64,000 bases of DNA, taken from a candidate division Hyd24-12 bacterium UBA5074 (GTDB lineage Bacteria; Fermentibacterota; Fermentibacteria; Fermentibacterales; Fermentibacteraceae). Below, one piece after another: positions 46,554 to 55,706 of this stretch. Each line of letters starts with the position of its first letter. Within the stretch, counting starts at the first letter, position 1. Location: the NCBI GenBank assembly GCA_002414865.1, contig DIAQ01000095.1, positions 21,430-85,429 on the forward strand, written 5' to 3'. The position numbers were made by a program, and so were the translations under genes. Below the pieces are notes generated by a model. It did no database searches. It saw only the letters and a program-made list of their open reading frames with translations, and was not told the DNA's origin.

Positions 46554-47978
46554 CTAGAAGATGTTGTCGTCTATCCTGCCGTCCCCGAAGTCGGGATCGA
46601 GCTGCCAGGAGATCATCTTCCAGGCTTCCAGGGTGGGGAATCCGGGAGGGTGGACGGAGGCGTATCCCTCGTCCCAGGCTATGGTCAGCTCGTAGCCGGA
46701 GAATCCCGTCTCGAGCGAGCCGAACCTCTCTTCCAGGAGCCCTCCGAGGACATTCAGGGAGAACCTCCCCCCTCCGGCCGAGGGATCTTCGGCCTCGAGG
46801 GAGCCGGACGGACAGGCGAGGTAGGCGCCTATCGAGAGGTGCCTGTCGGTCGTGATGTCCCAGGGGCGGGGCCAGTCGGGCGCGCCGGAAGCGTCCGGGT
46901 CGGCAGCCACGATGATGTCGCCGAGCGACACCAGCGCGAGCGGCGAGCCGGAGTAGGCGGATTGCGAGCTGATGGGCCCCATGACGACCAGGGGGCCGCC
47001 GACCACGATGGTCAGGGGCTGATCGACCGCGCCGAGCGACTTCATGTAGACGGGGGCGAACCCGCTCTGGATGTACACGATGCTCCTGCCGCCCAGCCCC
47101 AGCGTGTCCACCTGCATCCCGGGACCGGCGGAGTAGAGGAGGCGGCGCCCGTCCAGGAGGACCCTCCTGGCCCCCCGTATCAGCGACCCCTGCCGTGAGG
47201 CCTCCGCGGAGAGGGTCTCGAAGCAGGCGGTCAGCCTGGAGAAGCTTACGCTGTCGGCGGCTCCGTCCCAGTACGGCCTCCCCTGGAGCATCTGCGGATA
47301 GGGGCGGACCCAGGTTCTGCTGCCGGGGGGGTGGGGCAGGTCGCTCCTCCCGAAGTCATCGAAGAGGAAGCCGCCGCGGGCGGTTGTCGAGACCGATGCC
47401 ACCCACGGGTCGTCTGCGGAGTCCGGCGACTCGCTGGAGAAGCTGACAGGGCCGTTGGAGTGCACCGGGCCGGCCATGATGCAGCCGTCGTCCAGGAAGC
47501 CCGCAGGCACGCCTGCGTCGACCAGCAGCGAGTACCTGGAAGGATAGTCCGGCAACGCCCTCACCGAGACATCCCTCATGAGCCCGTTCGAGAGCCCCCT
47601 CGCCCTGATCTCCACCGAGCCGATCCGGCAAGGGAGGTAGTTCTGGTCCGAGGGATCGATCAGGACCCAGACGCTCTCTCCGGACGGGAGGGATATCCAC
47701 TGGGCGCTGTCTCCCGGGAGGGCGAAGGGCTCCCTGCCCCCCGGGACCGAGTCGGCCAGCGACAATGTGTGGAGGGCGAGGCTCACTCCGGCCTCGGCTG
47801 CGAACTGCGCCCTGGTCCTGTCGAGCTTGAATGCGAAGCTGGCCACGTTGCTCTGGAAGATCACGTAGACGGCGCCCGCCAGGATGAAGAGCACGAGCCC
47901 GAAGATCGCGGCCAGGGCGAGCACGGCGCCTGTCGCGCCGCGCCGCCCTGCCTCAAGGGGTCTAGAACCAGTGCTCAT
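46554..47978 (-). CDS. PilX/GspK-like large minor pilin (paralog 1).
   Basis: N-terminal RRG|ATGAVLALAAIFGLVLFILAGAVY, then QFAAEAGVSLAL (PilX_N-like). 474 aa. C-terminus DPDFGDGRIDDNIF is similar to the paralog. Confidence 0.7.
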   Translation of the reverse strand: MSTGSRPLEAGRRGATGAVLALAAIFGLVLFILAGAVYVIFQSNVASFAFKLDRTRAQFAAEAGVSLALHTLSLADSVPGGREPFALPGDSAQWISLPSGESVWVLIDPSDQNYLPCRIGSVEIRARGLSNGLMRDVSVRALPDYPSRYSLLVDAGVPAGFLDDGCIMAGPVHSNGPVSFSSESPDSADDPWVASVSTTARGGFLFDDFGRSDLPHPPGSRTWVRPYPQMLQGRPYWDGAADSVSFSRLTACFETLSAEASRQGSLIRGARRVLLDGRRLLYSAGPGMQVDTLGLGGRSIVYIQSGFAPVYMKSLGAVDQPLTIVVGGPLVVMGPISSQSAYSGSPLALVSLGDIIVAADPDASGAPDWPRPWDITTDRHLSIGAYLACPSGSLEAEDPSAGGGRFSLNVLGGLLEERFGSLETGFSGYELTIAWDEGYASVHPPGFPTLEAWKMISWQLDPDFGDGRIDDNIF

Positions 47979-49470
47979 CCACCGAGTCGAGGTCGAGGTC
48001 GGGCTTCTCCGCCCAGTACACCACGTCCCACCGGCCCGTCTGCGGGAAGAACGGCGGGTGCATGGAGAGCAGCCTGGGGTCGTAGTAGATCACGGTGTCG
48101 TAACCGGAGCTCGGGGTGGTGGTGTACCCCTCCGTGTTCACGATGTAACCGCCCATGACCATGAAGTCCACGGGGCCGGGCGGGACGTTCCAGTTCTCGG
48201 CGTTGAACGCGCCGTTGAGGTCCATCACCACCATGTCGTACTCGATGTCCGCATTCGTGACGATGCGCCAGACCGGGTCGGTCCAGTCGGTTCCCCCCAC
48301 GCTCTCCGGATCCACCGCGATGGTGAAGTTCCCGTAGACGATGATTATCCCCAGCATGGTGAAGTTGCCGGCGTCCTGCAGGTCGCGGTTCTGGTACTGC
48401 AGGGTGCCCGACACGAAGAGGCTCCCGTTGACTCCTATCGTCAGCGGCATGCTGAGTCCGTCCTGGCACCAGGGCGCGGTGCCGGTGACGTACGGCGGCA
48501 TGCTCTTCAGATAGACCCTCTGGGCGGCGCCGTTGTCGATCCAGACCACGGGATTTACCAGGTCGCCCAGATAGAAGCGCTGGACCGCGGCCGCGTTGCT
48601 CTCCTTCACGAGCAGCGTGTCGTTCCTCAGTATCATCCTGGTGCGGTCGTCGAGAGTGCCAGGACCGAAGTAGAGCCCTCCGGAGATGGCCGCGTTGCGG
48701 GCATCCCCCCAGTCGACCTCGCCGGGGCCGTATGCGATCGGGTCCACGTTCAGCTCGAAGTAGGGCGCACCCATGGACATCCTCTCCGGGGGCTGGATGG
48801 AGAGGTTGCCGTAGACCGGAGAGGTGCGGTACGGGGGAGCGGTGCCTCCGAAGCCGGTGCTGTACCAGTAGCCCGGTGACGCCAGGCTGAAGCGGTAGAA
48901 CCAGATGTCATTGGTGGTCGAAGCGTCGCTGCTGAAGAGGCAGACTCCTCCGTTCGCGAAGAAGGGTCCGTCGAACCTGTAGCCGTCGCCGTAGTAGCCG
49001 TTGGTGGGCGGCACGTTGAGGAAGGTGGCGAACCTGGCGAAGTTCTCGGGGACGACCACCGTCTCCATTCCGTAGTCGAAGGTTCCCTGCTGGGACTCCA
49101 CCCTTCCGAGGGCCCTCAGGCCGTAGGCGTCGCCCGCCCAGACCTCCGGGTTGTTGTTGCTGGGATCGACCCAGACCGTCACTTCGCCCAGGTCGTCCCC
49201 GGGCAGGTCCTCCCACCCTGTCGCGGGAGGCTCGGGCAGGAACTGCACCGGGAGCGTGTCGTAGGGTACCGAGGCGCCGCCCATGATCATGTCCACGGCC
49301 AGGTTGGCCCCGGCCTCGGCCGTGTACCTGGCCTGTATCCTGTCACGGTCCCAGGTGTAGCTCTTCATGTTGGCGTCGAACAGGGTGTACACGGCGGCCG
49401 CGAGGATGGAGAGGACGAGGGTGGCTATCACCACCATCGCGAGAGCCGCTCCTCTTCTGTCTGGCTTCAT
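47962..49470 (-). CDS. PilX/GspK-like large minor pilin (paralog 2).
   Basis: ATG at 49470 with GGAGGGGGA Shine-Dalgarno. N-terminal RRG|AALAMVVIATLVLSILAAAVY plus RYTAEAGANLAV. 502 aa. Confidence 0.7.
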   Translation of the reverse strand: MKPDRRGAALAMVVIATLVLSILAAAVYTLFDANMKSYTWDRDRIQARYTAEAGANLAVDMIMGGASVPYDTLPVQFLPEPPATGWEDLPGDDLGEVTVWVDPSNNNPEVWAGDAYGLRALGRVESQQGTFDYGMETVVVPENFARFATFLNVPPTNGYYGDGYRFDGPFFANGGVCLFSSDASTTNDIWFYRFSLASPGYWYSTGFGGTAPPYRTSPVYGNLSIQPPERMSMGAPYFELNVDPIAYGPGEVDWGDARNAAISGGLYFGPGTLDDRTRMILRNDTLLVKESNAAAVQRFYLGDLVNPVVWIDNGAAQRVYLKSMPPYVTGTAPWCQDGLSMPLTIGVNGSLFVSGTLQYQNRDLQDAGNFTMLGIIIVYGNFTIAVDPESVGGTDWTDPVWRIVTNADIEYDMVVMDLNGAFNAENWNVPPGPVDFMVMGGYIVNTEGYTTTPSSGYDTVIYYDPRLLSMHPPFFPQTGRWDVVYWAEKPDLDLDSVDEHWF

Positions 49471-49482
49471 CTTCTCCCCCTC

Positions 49483-52400
49483 CTAGTTGGGCACGGCGAA
49501 GAACTGGATGTTGTCGAGGTTCCAGCCGCCGCGCTCCATGAACGGGCCTGAGTACTGCAGGAACCTGATGAAGTAATAGGAGTAGCCTGCTCCCCAGGCC
49601 GCCGTGAACTCCGGCGTGAGATCGATCCACTCGTCATCCCAGTCGAGCTGGTTCTCGCCGCTGTACTGCCTCACCAGCTTCCAGGCGCTCGATACGGAAT
49701 CGGGGGGGGTGGTCGAGTTCGAGAACCCTATCGAGATGTAGGCGTCGTCGGTGGCCGAGAGCCTGACGCAGCGGTAGTACTCCACCGATACACTGTCGTA
49801 GAGGCTCTGGCTTGGCATCGTGTAGGCGGGCGAGACCAGCCATGCCCACTGGTTGGAGGGGTAGTACCCATCGACAGTCAGGTCGGTGCCCGCGACCGTC
49901 AGGCCGTTCTCGGGAGTGAGAGCCGGATCGACGCTGAGGACCAGAGGCGCCGCTATCTCCCAGTCGTCATCTCTGCCCCCGTGGGTCCACCAGCCGCCGG
50001 ACCCCGACGTGCCCAGCTCTGAGGCCAGATAGATCACCTCGAAGTCGTTGTAGAGATTGTAGTTGTTGAGAGGCACCGAGTCGTCGGGGGTGGTCCCGCT
50101 TATCTCGCCGAGGGCCCCTGTCGTGGACTGCACCCTGATGGCCGGCCTCCTGGCGTGGAGGGCCAGCACGGTCGGATCGGCGGTATCGCTGCCGGCCTGG
50201 CGGCACCTGACTGCGGAAGGCGCATCCTCGGTCATCCACGAGGTGTTGGCCGAAGTCCAGCCGGCGTCGTGCTGCTCCACCTTGATGCAGAGGTTCATCC
50301 CCGGCGGCAGCAGGAAGGTGTCGTCGAGGTTGAGGGTCTTCCAGCCCGTGGAGTTTACACCCAGGGTGCCCTCGTCCACGACCTGGGTCATCGTCGCCTT
50401 GTCGATCTCGCCGGCGCCCGCAAAGGTCGAGTCGGCGATCGCAGCCATGTAGACGTCATAGGTGAAGTTCCAGGGCGAAGGCACCGATGCCGCCTCGAAG
50501 TCGAGCGCGCTGATCTCGTAGCCGGTGGCCTGGCCGAACACGCGGAAGTTGTCGATGTGCCAGCCCACGTCCGCGGTGGTGGTGTTCGAGCCGAACACGA
50601 AGCGGAACCTGACGGTGTGCCCGGCGTACGAGTCGAGGTTCACGGTGTCCGTCCGCCAGGTCTGCAACCCGCAGAAGATGCGCATGCCCGCTCCGCCCGG
50701 GAAGCCCGCGAGGGAGTTGGCGCTGTAGACCAGGCCGGAGGCGTCGGTCAGCGTGACCCAGCCCCCTCCATCCACCGAGAGCTGGACGAATCCGCCGTCG
50801 TACTGGTTCTGCGTGTCCACATAGTGCGTGAACTGCATCTTGGGCGAGACCACCCAGGCGGGGATGGAGACGGTCGGCGTGGTCAGATAGCAGTAGGTGT
50901 TGTTCGCGTACTGCGTGCCGGAGGCCTGCTGCACCGTCCACGAGTATCCGTAGAGGGCGTCCACCTCCTTGGTGTTCCAGGTGTCGAGGTGCCCGGCGCT
51001 CATCGGCCCGTGGGACCAGCCCGAGAGGCCGAGGCCCGGCGTGAGCCTGCTTATCCTGAGGTCGTCCCACTGCATGCCGCCCGATGGGATCGGATTCCCG
51101 CCGAACTGGCTCAGGGACACGCGGTAGTTGGAGCCGAACGGGTAGGACGAGGCGAAGGCCGCATCATCGAGGTCGACGAAGACGGTCTCCCATCCGGCCG
51201 GGCCTGCGCCGGCGCCTATTCGCGTGTAGGTCGTGTCGGCCGTGACTACGATGTTGTCCAAGGAGATGCCGTCGTTGTTGTCCAGCGAGACGGCGGTGTT
51301 GTTGTTGTTCGAGCCGAACAGCACGTAGAGGTTCGCGGGCATGGTGACCGGGGTGAACCGGTAGCTGCGGTTGAACCAGCTGCTGTTGTTGTAGGAGGAA
51401 GGCGTGAGGTTCACGGGATCGGTCGGCGCGGCGGCGATGCCCACGCTGCTCCAGCCCACGAAGTCGCCCGTCGCTCCCGTGTTGTCGCCGTCGTTGTGGT
51501 CGTGGAACCTGTAGCTGACGGTCAGGGGCGTGTTGTTGGGAAGCCCGCCCGTGCTGAAGTAGACGGCCATCCGGTTGGCGACCCCCGCGCCGTTGGAGAC
51601 CCTGTCCAGGGTGATGAAATTGCCGTCGCCGAGCCATCCCGCGGGCGAATGCACTCTCCACTGGCCGTTGACAGGGATCTGCGTGGTGATGCCCGGAGGC
51701 AGGACCCCGGCCGTGGGGAACCCGGTGTGGAACAGAGTGTCGATGTCGGTGAAGAAAACGCCGTCCATCGCGTCCGGGGCTCCCTCGTAGCTGCGGCACT
51801 TCACGGAGAGGAGCAGCTCGTCGGTCATGTAGCTGAAGGGGCTCAGGTCGACCGTGACGGTGGCGATGTTCCTCGTGCCCGTCCCCGCCGTCGGGCGGTG
51901 CATCTGCAGGACGTCATCGGTCGTGTTGATGCCGCAGGACCCCATACCCAGGGCCGCGAAGGACCAGCTCAGGAGCGGGGCGTCGGTGAACGGCTCCCAG
52001 AACAGCACGGTGGTGTCAGTCACCGCCGTCGGGTTCACGTTCTCCTCCCACAGGTTGATCTCCTGCGAGCTGACCCCGGGGCCCTCGAAGTCCTCGAGCG
52101 TAGTCAGCTCGTCCCCGTGGTCGCCGGCCGTGGTGCCGCAGCTCCAGGCGATCGCATTGTAGAACAGGGGCCAGCCGCCCGACTCCGTGTACTCGCTTGC
52201 GTCGTAGGGGCTGAAGTGGATCCTGCGGAGCGCCTCGTCGTCCTCGTCGCGCACGATGATGGCGCAGTTGGCCACCGCCGTGCCTCCGATGCCGAGGTAC
52301 TCGGGGTTGGAGAGGGCGGGATCGGTGCCAAGGAGCATCGACTGCCTGCCGCTGGAGATCGGCGAATATGCGTAGATGGTGTCCGGCGTGATGTTCTTGA

Positions 52401-53367
52401 AGACGGGGTGGTCTATCGCATAGGCAGTCACGACAGGCTCCTGCGAGTCGTGCTCGCCGGTGCCCATCCCGAAGCACTCGTATGCGTCCTGCGCATCCAG
52501 CGTGACGATCGGGACTCCGGCGCCCTCCAGGAACGAGGCCATGCCGGAGTGGGAGCCGCTGTCCATGTGCCTGAGGACGATCACCATCACGTCGGTGTAG
52601 TCGTACGTGATCAGCTGGTCGTCGGTGAGCACGGTCACGGTGTAGCCCCAGAGCTGGAGCCTGTTGATCATCAGCTGCTGGTCTTCCGTGGGCTCGGGGA
52701 TCGCGCCGATGCCATCGACGTTGAAGACGATGATCCCGTCGAGGGGCGCGGGCGGGAAGAAGGCGGGATTGATGTTGTGGTTCACGCCCAGGTTCCGGGG
52801 CGAGACCGTGGTGTGGAGCACTGTCTGGTAGACGTCGCCCGCATAGGTGGCCGTGAGCTCGATGGTGATCTGGACGTGCCTGATGAGGTCGCGCCCGGCT
52901 TCGTCCAGCGGCATCACGAGCTCGTCGCCGTCCTCGTCGAAATAGAGGAAGCTCAGGTCGGTGACGTTCTCGCCGAACTGCTGAGTCTTCCCGGCGTTGT
53001 CCGTCACCGTTATCCGGTTGTTGAGCAGCATCACGTGGCGGTAGTCGGCATCGTCCAGAGTCCGGAAGGGCCGGAAGTCGGCGTAGAAGCCCAGGGAGTC
53101 GTTGTCGGCCTGCGTGACAGGGTGCCAGTCGTCGTTGTCCCAGCCGCCGTATGGCATGTAGCCGACCCAGATCACCTCGTTCGTGAGCCTGTCCAGGGCG
53201 AGCCTCCCCGCCACGTCCAGCTCGTTCTGGCGGCGGGCGAAGTTGAAGTGCTCGGTCCCCGACACGAACATCATGAACACCGCGGCCATGATCACGCCGA
53301 GAATGACGACGACGATCGTCACCTCGACGAGGCTCATGCCGCGCCTGCCCGAATCGCTGCTTCGCAT
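49483..53367 (-). CDS. Giant type IV prepilin-like protein (about 1295 aa) with a very large extracellular region containing lectin/jelly-roll-like segments.
   Basis: ATG at 53367 gives leader MRSSDSGRRG | MSLVEVTIVVVILGVIMAAVFMMF (Met at +1, Glu at +5). The rest is rich in W/Y/N/T/D, with motifs such as GWHIDNFRVF and WNLDNIQFF. The antisense 1080-aa ORF is rejected. Confidence 0.8.
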   Translation of the reverse strand: MRSSDSGRRGMSLVEVTIVVVILGVIMAAVFMMFVSGTEHFNFARRQNELDVAGRLALDRLTNEVIWVGYMPYGGWDNDDWHPVTQADNDSLGFYADFRPFRTLDDADYRHVMLLNNRITVTDNAGKTQQFGENVTDLSFLYFDEDGDELVMPLDEAGRDLIRHVQITIELTATYAGDVYQTVLHTTVSPRNLGVNHNINPAFFPPAPLDGIIVFNVDGIGAIPEPTEDQQLMINRLQLWGYTVTVLTDDQLITYDYTDVMVIVLRHMDSGSHSGMASFLEGAGVPIVTLDAQDAYECFGMGTGEHDSQEPVVTAYAIDHPVFKNITPDTIYAYSPISSGRQSMLLGTDPALSNPEYLGIGGTAVANCAIIVRDEDDEALRRIHFSPYDASEYTESGGWPLFYNAIAWSCGTTAGDHGDELTTLEDFEGPGVSSQEINLWEENVNPTAVTDTTVLFWEPFTDAPLLSWSFAALGMGSCGINTTDDVLQMHRPTAGTGTRNIATVTVDLSPFSYMTDELLLSVKCRSYEGAPDAMDGVFFTDIDTLFHTGFPTAGVLPPGITTQIPVNGQWRVHSPAGWLGDGNFITLDRVSNGAGVANRMAVYFSTGGLPNNTPLTVSYRFHDHNDGDNTGATGDFVGWSSVGIAAAPTDPVNLTPSSYNNSSWFNRSYRFTPVTMPANLYVLFGSNNNNTAVSLDNNDGISLDNIVVTADTTYTRIGAGAGPAGWETVFVDLDDAAFASSYPFGSNYRVSLSQFGGNPIPSGGMQWDDLRISRLTPGLGLSGWSHGPMSAGHLDTWNTKEVDALYGYSWTVQQASGTQYANNTYCYLTTPTVSIPAWVVSPKMQFTHYVDTQNQYDGGFVQLSVDGGGWVTLTDASGLVYSANSLAGFPGGAGMRIFCGLQTWRTDTVNLDSYAGHTVRFRFVFGSNTTTADVGWHIDNFRVFGQATGYEISALDFEAASVPSPWNFTYDVYMAAIADSTFAGAGEIDKATMTQVVDEGTLGVNSTGWKTLNLDDTFLLPPGMNLCIKVEQHDAGWTSANTSWMTEDAPSAVRCRQAGSDTADPTVLALHARRPAIRVQSTTGALGEISGTTPDDSVPLNNYNLYNDFEVIYLASELGTSGSGGWWTHGGRDDDWEIAAPLVLSVDPALTPENGLTVAGTDLTVDGYYPSNQWAWLVSPAYTMPSQSLYDSVSVEYYRCVRLSATDDAYISIGFSNSTTPPDSVSSAWKLVRQYSGENQLDWDDEWIDLTPEFTAAWGAGYSYYFIRFLQYSGPFMERGGWNLDNIQFFAVPN

Positions 53368-53380
53368 GTCCACCACCCGC

Positions 53381-53758
53381 CTAGAGAATCGTGCTGAGCG
53401 TCAGGGTGTCCGGACCCTGGGCGCCATCCCAGACAACCATGCTCTGCACGAGCCGGGCCTCGGACAGAGTCGAATACGGAGTGCTGATAAGCATGTACCT
53501 GGAGAACTTCTCGAATGTGACCGGGCCCGTGGTGCCGTCGGGCATGGTGGAGATGTCGAGGGTCCTGATCTCCTCGAGGCCCTGCCGGCTCAGCTCGAGC
53601 GCCCTGGTGCGATCGTCCATCACATCGGACTGCTTGATGATGTACCCGAAGAAGAAGCCTATCCCGATGATCAGGATCGCCAGCAGCACGCTTGCCAGAA
53701 GGACCTCCACGAGGGTGAACCCGCCGTTCCTGGTGCGCCTTCCCCCCACTGCGATCAC
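53381..53758 (-). CDS. Small pseudopilin (GspI/PilV-like).
   Basis: Leader RTRNGG|FTLVEVLLASVLLAILIIGIGFF (Phe at +1, Glu at +5). 125 aa. GTG start at 53758. Confidence 0.75.
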   Translation of the reverse strand: MIAVGGRRTRNGGFTLVEVLLASVLLAILIIGIGFFFGYIIKQSDVMDDRTRALELSRQGLEEIRTLDISTMPDGTTGPVTFEKFSRYMLISTPYSTLSEARLVQSMVVWDGAQGPDTLTLSTIL

Positions 53759-53768
53759 ATCCCTTCTC

Positions 53769-54119
53769 CTATTGGTAGAACTTGCGCTCGAGATCCACGA
53801 GTCCCCCCGGGGGAGACGATACCGACACTTCGAGAACGATCACCCCGCCGGGCTCCTCGCGCGCCTCGGTGCGCACGGAGTAGCTTCCTCCCGCCGCGCG
53901 GACCACGGTGTTCCTGGCGCCGAAGGGCCGGGGAGGCGGGCCTGCACCCCAGGAGGCCATCTCGTCGGAAGCCAGCGCGAGCGCTGTGCGCCGCGAGGCA
54001 ACGAGCCTCTGGCCTCTCAGGAACGTGCCCGTCGCCAGGCACAGGGCCGCAAGGACGACGAGGGTGATGCCCGAGGCCATGAAGGTCTCCGCGAGCGAAT
54101 AGCCGCGCCTGGGAATCAT
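53769..54119 (-). CDS. Small pseudopilin (GspH/FimT-like).
   Basis: ATG at 54119 overlaps the upstream TGA stop (ATGA). Leader MIPRRG|YSLAETFMASGITLVVLAALCLATG, with Glu at +5. Confidence 0.75.
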   Translation of the reverse strand: MIPRRGYSLAETFMASGITLVVLAALCLATGTFLRGQRLVASRRTALALASDEMASWGAGPPPRPFGARNTVVRAAGGSYSVRTEAREEPGGVIVLEVSVSSPPGGLVDLERKFYQ

Positions 54120-55546
54120 CCCTCGATCCACTCCATCTCCTCGGGTCTCAGGGCTCCGTCGGCTCCCCGGCGCATGGCGACCTCCAGGCGGCGTGAGAGA
54201 ACGACGCGCCCGTCTCTGGTGCTGACCGCGCTCCAGACCTGTGTCAGGTCCGGGCCGGCGGCGGGATTCAGCGAGAGGGAGAGGCCTTCCTCCTCTGCGA
54301 CGAGGGCGTCATCGCCCCCTCCGTCGATGTCGGTCCAGGAGATCACCTGTCCGCCGATGTCCGTGACCGAGCCTGTAAGGGGATCGAGCAGGGCCAGGCT
54401 TCCGCCGAGCATCCCGGCCAGGCCGCCTGCGCCGGAGACGATCCTGCCGCTCCAGTTCCGCAGGAGGGGGCCGAACGACAGACAATCCTGGAACCCGCCC
54501 CATGCGAGCCGCCTCCATGCGGAGGAGCCATCCGGGGCATCCCACCTCACGCCGAGGCCGCCGGTCTGCGGCAGCACTCCCCAGGCGCCCGGGGAGCGCC
54601 CGGGCAGCCTGTCGGAGAACAGGATCCCGGTGGAGGAAAAGAGTGCGGCGGCCGAGGAGTCCGATATCCAGACCATGTCCTCCCGGCCGTCGGAATCGAT
54701 ATCGACCCTCAGGACGTCGACGATCTCGCCATGGCGCAGCGCCGGGTCCTCCACGAAGTCGCCGCCGGGCCATACCCCCCCTGCGAGCACCGCCGGGCAG
54801 GACCCAGGAGGCGAGGGCACGAGCGTCACCGATCCCTCCTCGAGGTCGACCAGCGCCCCGCGGCCTTCCGAGGCGAGAAGGACGCATGCATGTCCGCCGA
54901 CACTGTCGAGGGAGGCCAGCGTGCCCGGGACCAGAGGGAACGGAACCCCTCCGACGGAGATCGCTCGATCGGGCGGCTCCATGCCATAGACGCTGCAGCC
55001 GAGCCTGTCGCCCACGGCAACGGCGAAGAGCGGGCCACCTTCGGCCGGCTGCCCCCGCCATCCCGCGAGGAGGAAAGTCCCCTGACCGCAGGGTATGCGG
55101 AATGACCCGGTCGAAGGCGGGGAAGGCATTCCGGCGAGCGGAAGGACTCTCACGAAGAGCGTGTCCGAGGATCTCTCCGCGACCGAGACACCCGGGAACG
55201 CCGGAGCTGCGGCCCCGTCGGCTGCAATGCCGAGCCTCACGAGCCCGGGAGGCGACTGGACCTCCGACAGCTGCTCGAGCGAGGTCACCACCCCTCCGAC
55301 CTCCACCTCGACGGGCCCTTCCGAGACGCCCGTGCCGGCCAGGAGGCGCTCCAGCCTGTCAGCCGCGCTCTCCTGCGAGAGACGCGCCTGCGCCAGGAGC
55401 TCCAGTTCCTGCTGATCGTCCAGCATGGAGCGGAGATATCCGAAGAGAAGGGCGGCGGAAAGCAGGACCACCGAGGAGGCCGTCAGCGCGATCACCAGGG
55501 CGGCGCCCCTCTGTCTTCCTGTGAGCAACCTGGAATTCATGGTCAT
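54116..55546 (-). CDS. PilX/GspK-like large minor pilin with FG-GAP/VCBS-like repeats; first gene of the operon.
   Basis: Leader MTMNSRLLTGRQRG|AALVIALTASSVVLLSAALLFGYL. Repeats VDIDSDGREDMVWISD and WTDIDGGGDDALV (DxDxDG). Confidence 0.7.
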   Translation of the reverse strand: MTMNSRLLTGRQRGAALVIALTASSVVLLSAALLFGYLRSMLDDQQELELLAQARLSQESAADRLERLLAGTGVSEGPVEVEVGGVVTSLEQLSEVQSPPGLVRLGIAADGAAAPAFPGVSVAERSSDTLFVRVLPLAGMPSPPSTGSFRIPCGQGTFLLAGWRGQPAEGGPLFAVAVGDRLGCSVYGMEPPDRAISVGGVPFPLVPGTLASLDSVGGHACVLLASEGRGALVDLEEGSVTLVPSPPGSCPAVLAGGVWPGGDFVEDPALRHGEIVDVLRVDIDSDGREDMVWISDSSAAALFSSTGILFSDRLPGRSPGAWGVLPQTGGLGVRWDAPDGSSAWRRLAWGGFQDCLSFGPLLRNWSGRIVSGAGGLAGMLGGSLALLDPLTGSVTDIGGQVISWTDIDGGGDDALVAEEEGLSLSLNPAAGPDLTQVWSAVSTRDGRVVLSRRLEVAMRRGADGALRPEEMEWIEG

Positions 55547-55706
55547 GCAGAAACAGAAAGCAAGAAACTTGCCGCAATATTAGACCATACTATCACGCAA
55601 ATTAGATGTTAAATTATTCTAATTGTGCATGTCCCTGCACAGAGCATGAACGGCCGCTGCATACAGGGGAGATTCCGGGGCATCCCTAGGGATCGGATGA
55701 CGCACC
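55547..55706 (-). promoter_or_regulatory. AT-rich intergenic control region upstream of the pseudopilin operon. It contains two palindromes and a putative extended -10.
   Basis: About 35-40% GC over 55560-55630, against about 68% for the window. Perfect 12-bp palindrome ATCCCTAGGGAT at 55682-55693. Inverted repeat TGTGCA-N6-TGCACA at 55624-55641. On the minus strand, TGATAGTAT precedes the operon start at 55546. Confidence 0.4.

Noticed and set aside
50155-53397. 1080-aa plus-strand ORF antisense to the giant pilin gene.
   Set aside because: V/G/R/E/D-rich with no motifs. The minus-strand frame has a canonical prepilin N-terminus, protein-like composition and a strong Shine-Dalgarno.
55560-55600. 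Possible sigma54 -24/-12 promoter (TGGTCTAATATTGCG, minus strand) for the pilin operon.
   Set aside because: The GG-to-GC spacing is one nucleotide shorter than the TGGCAC-N5-TTGC consensus, and there is no enhancer-binding protein gene nearby.
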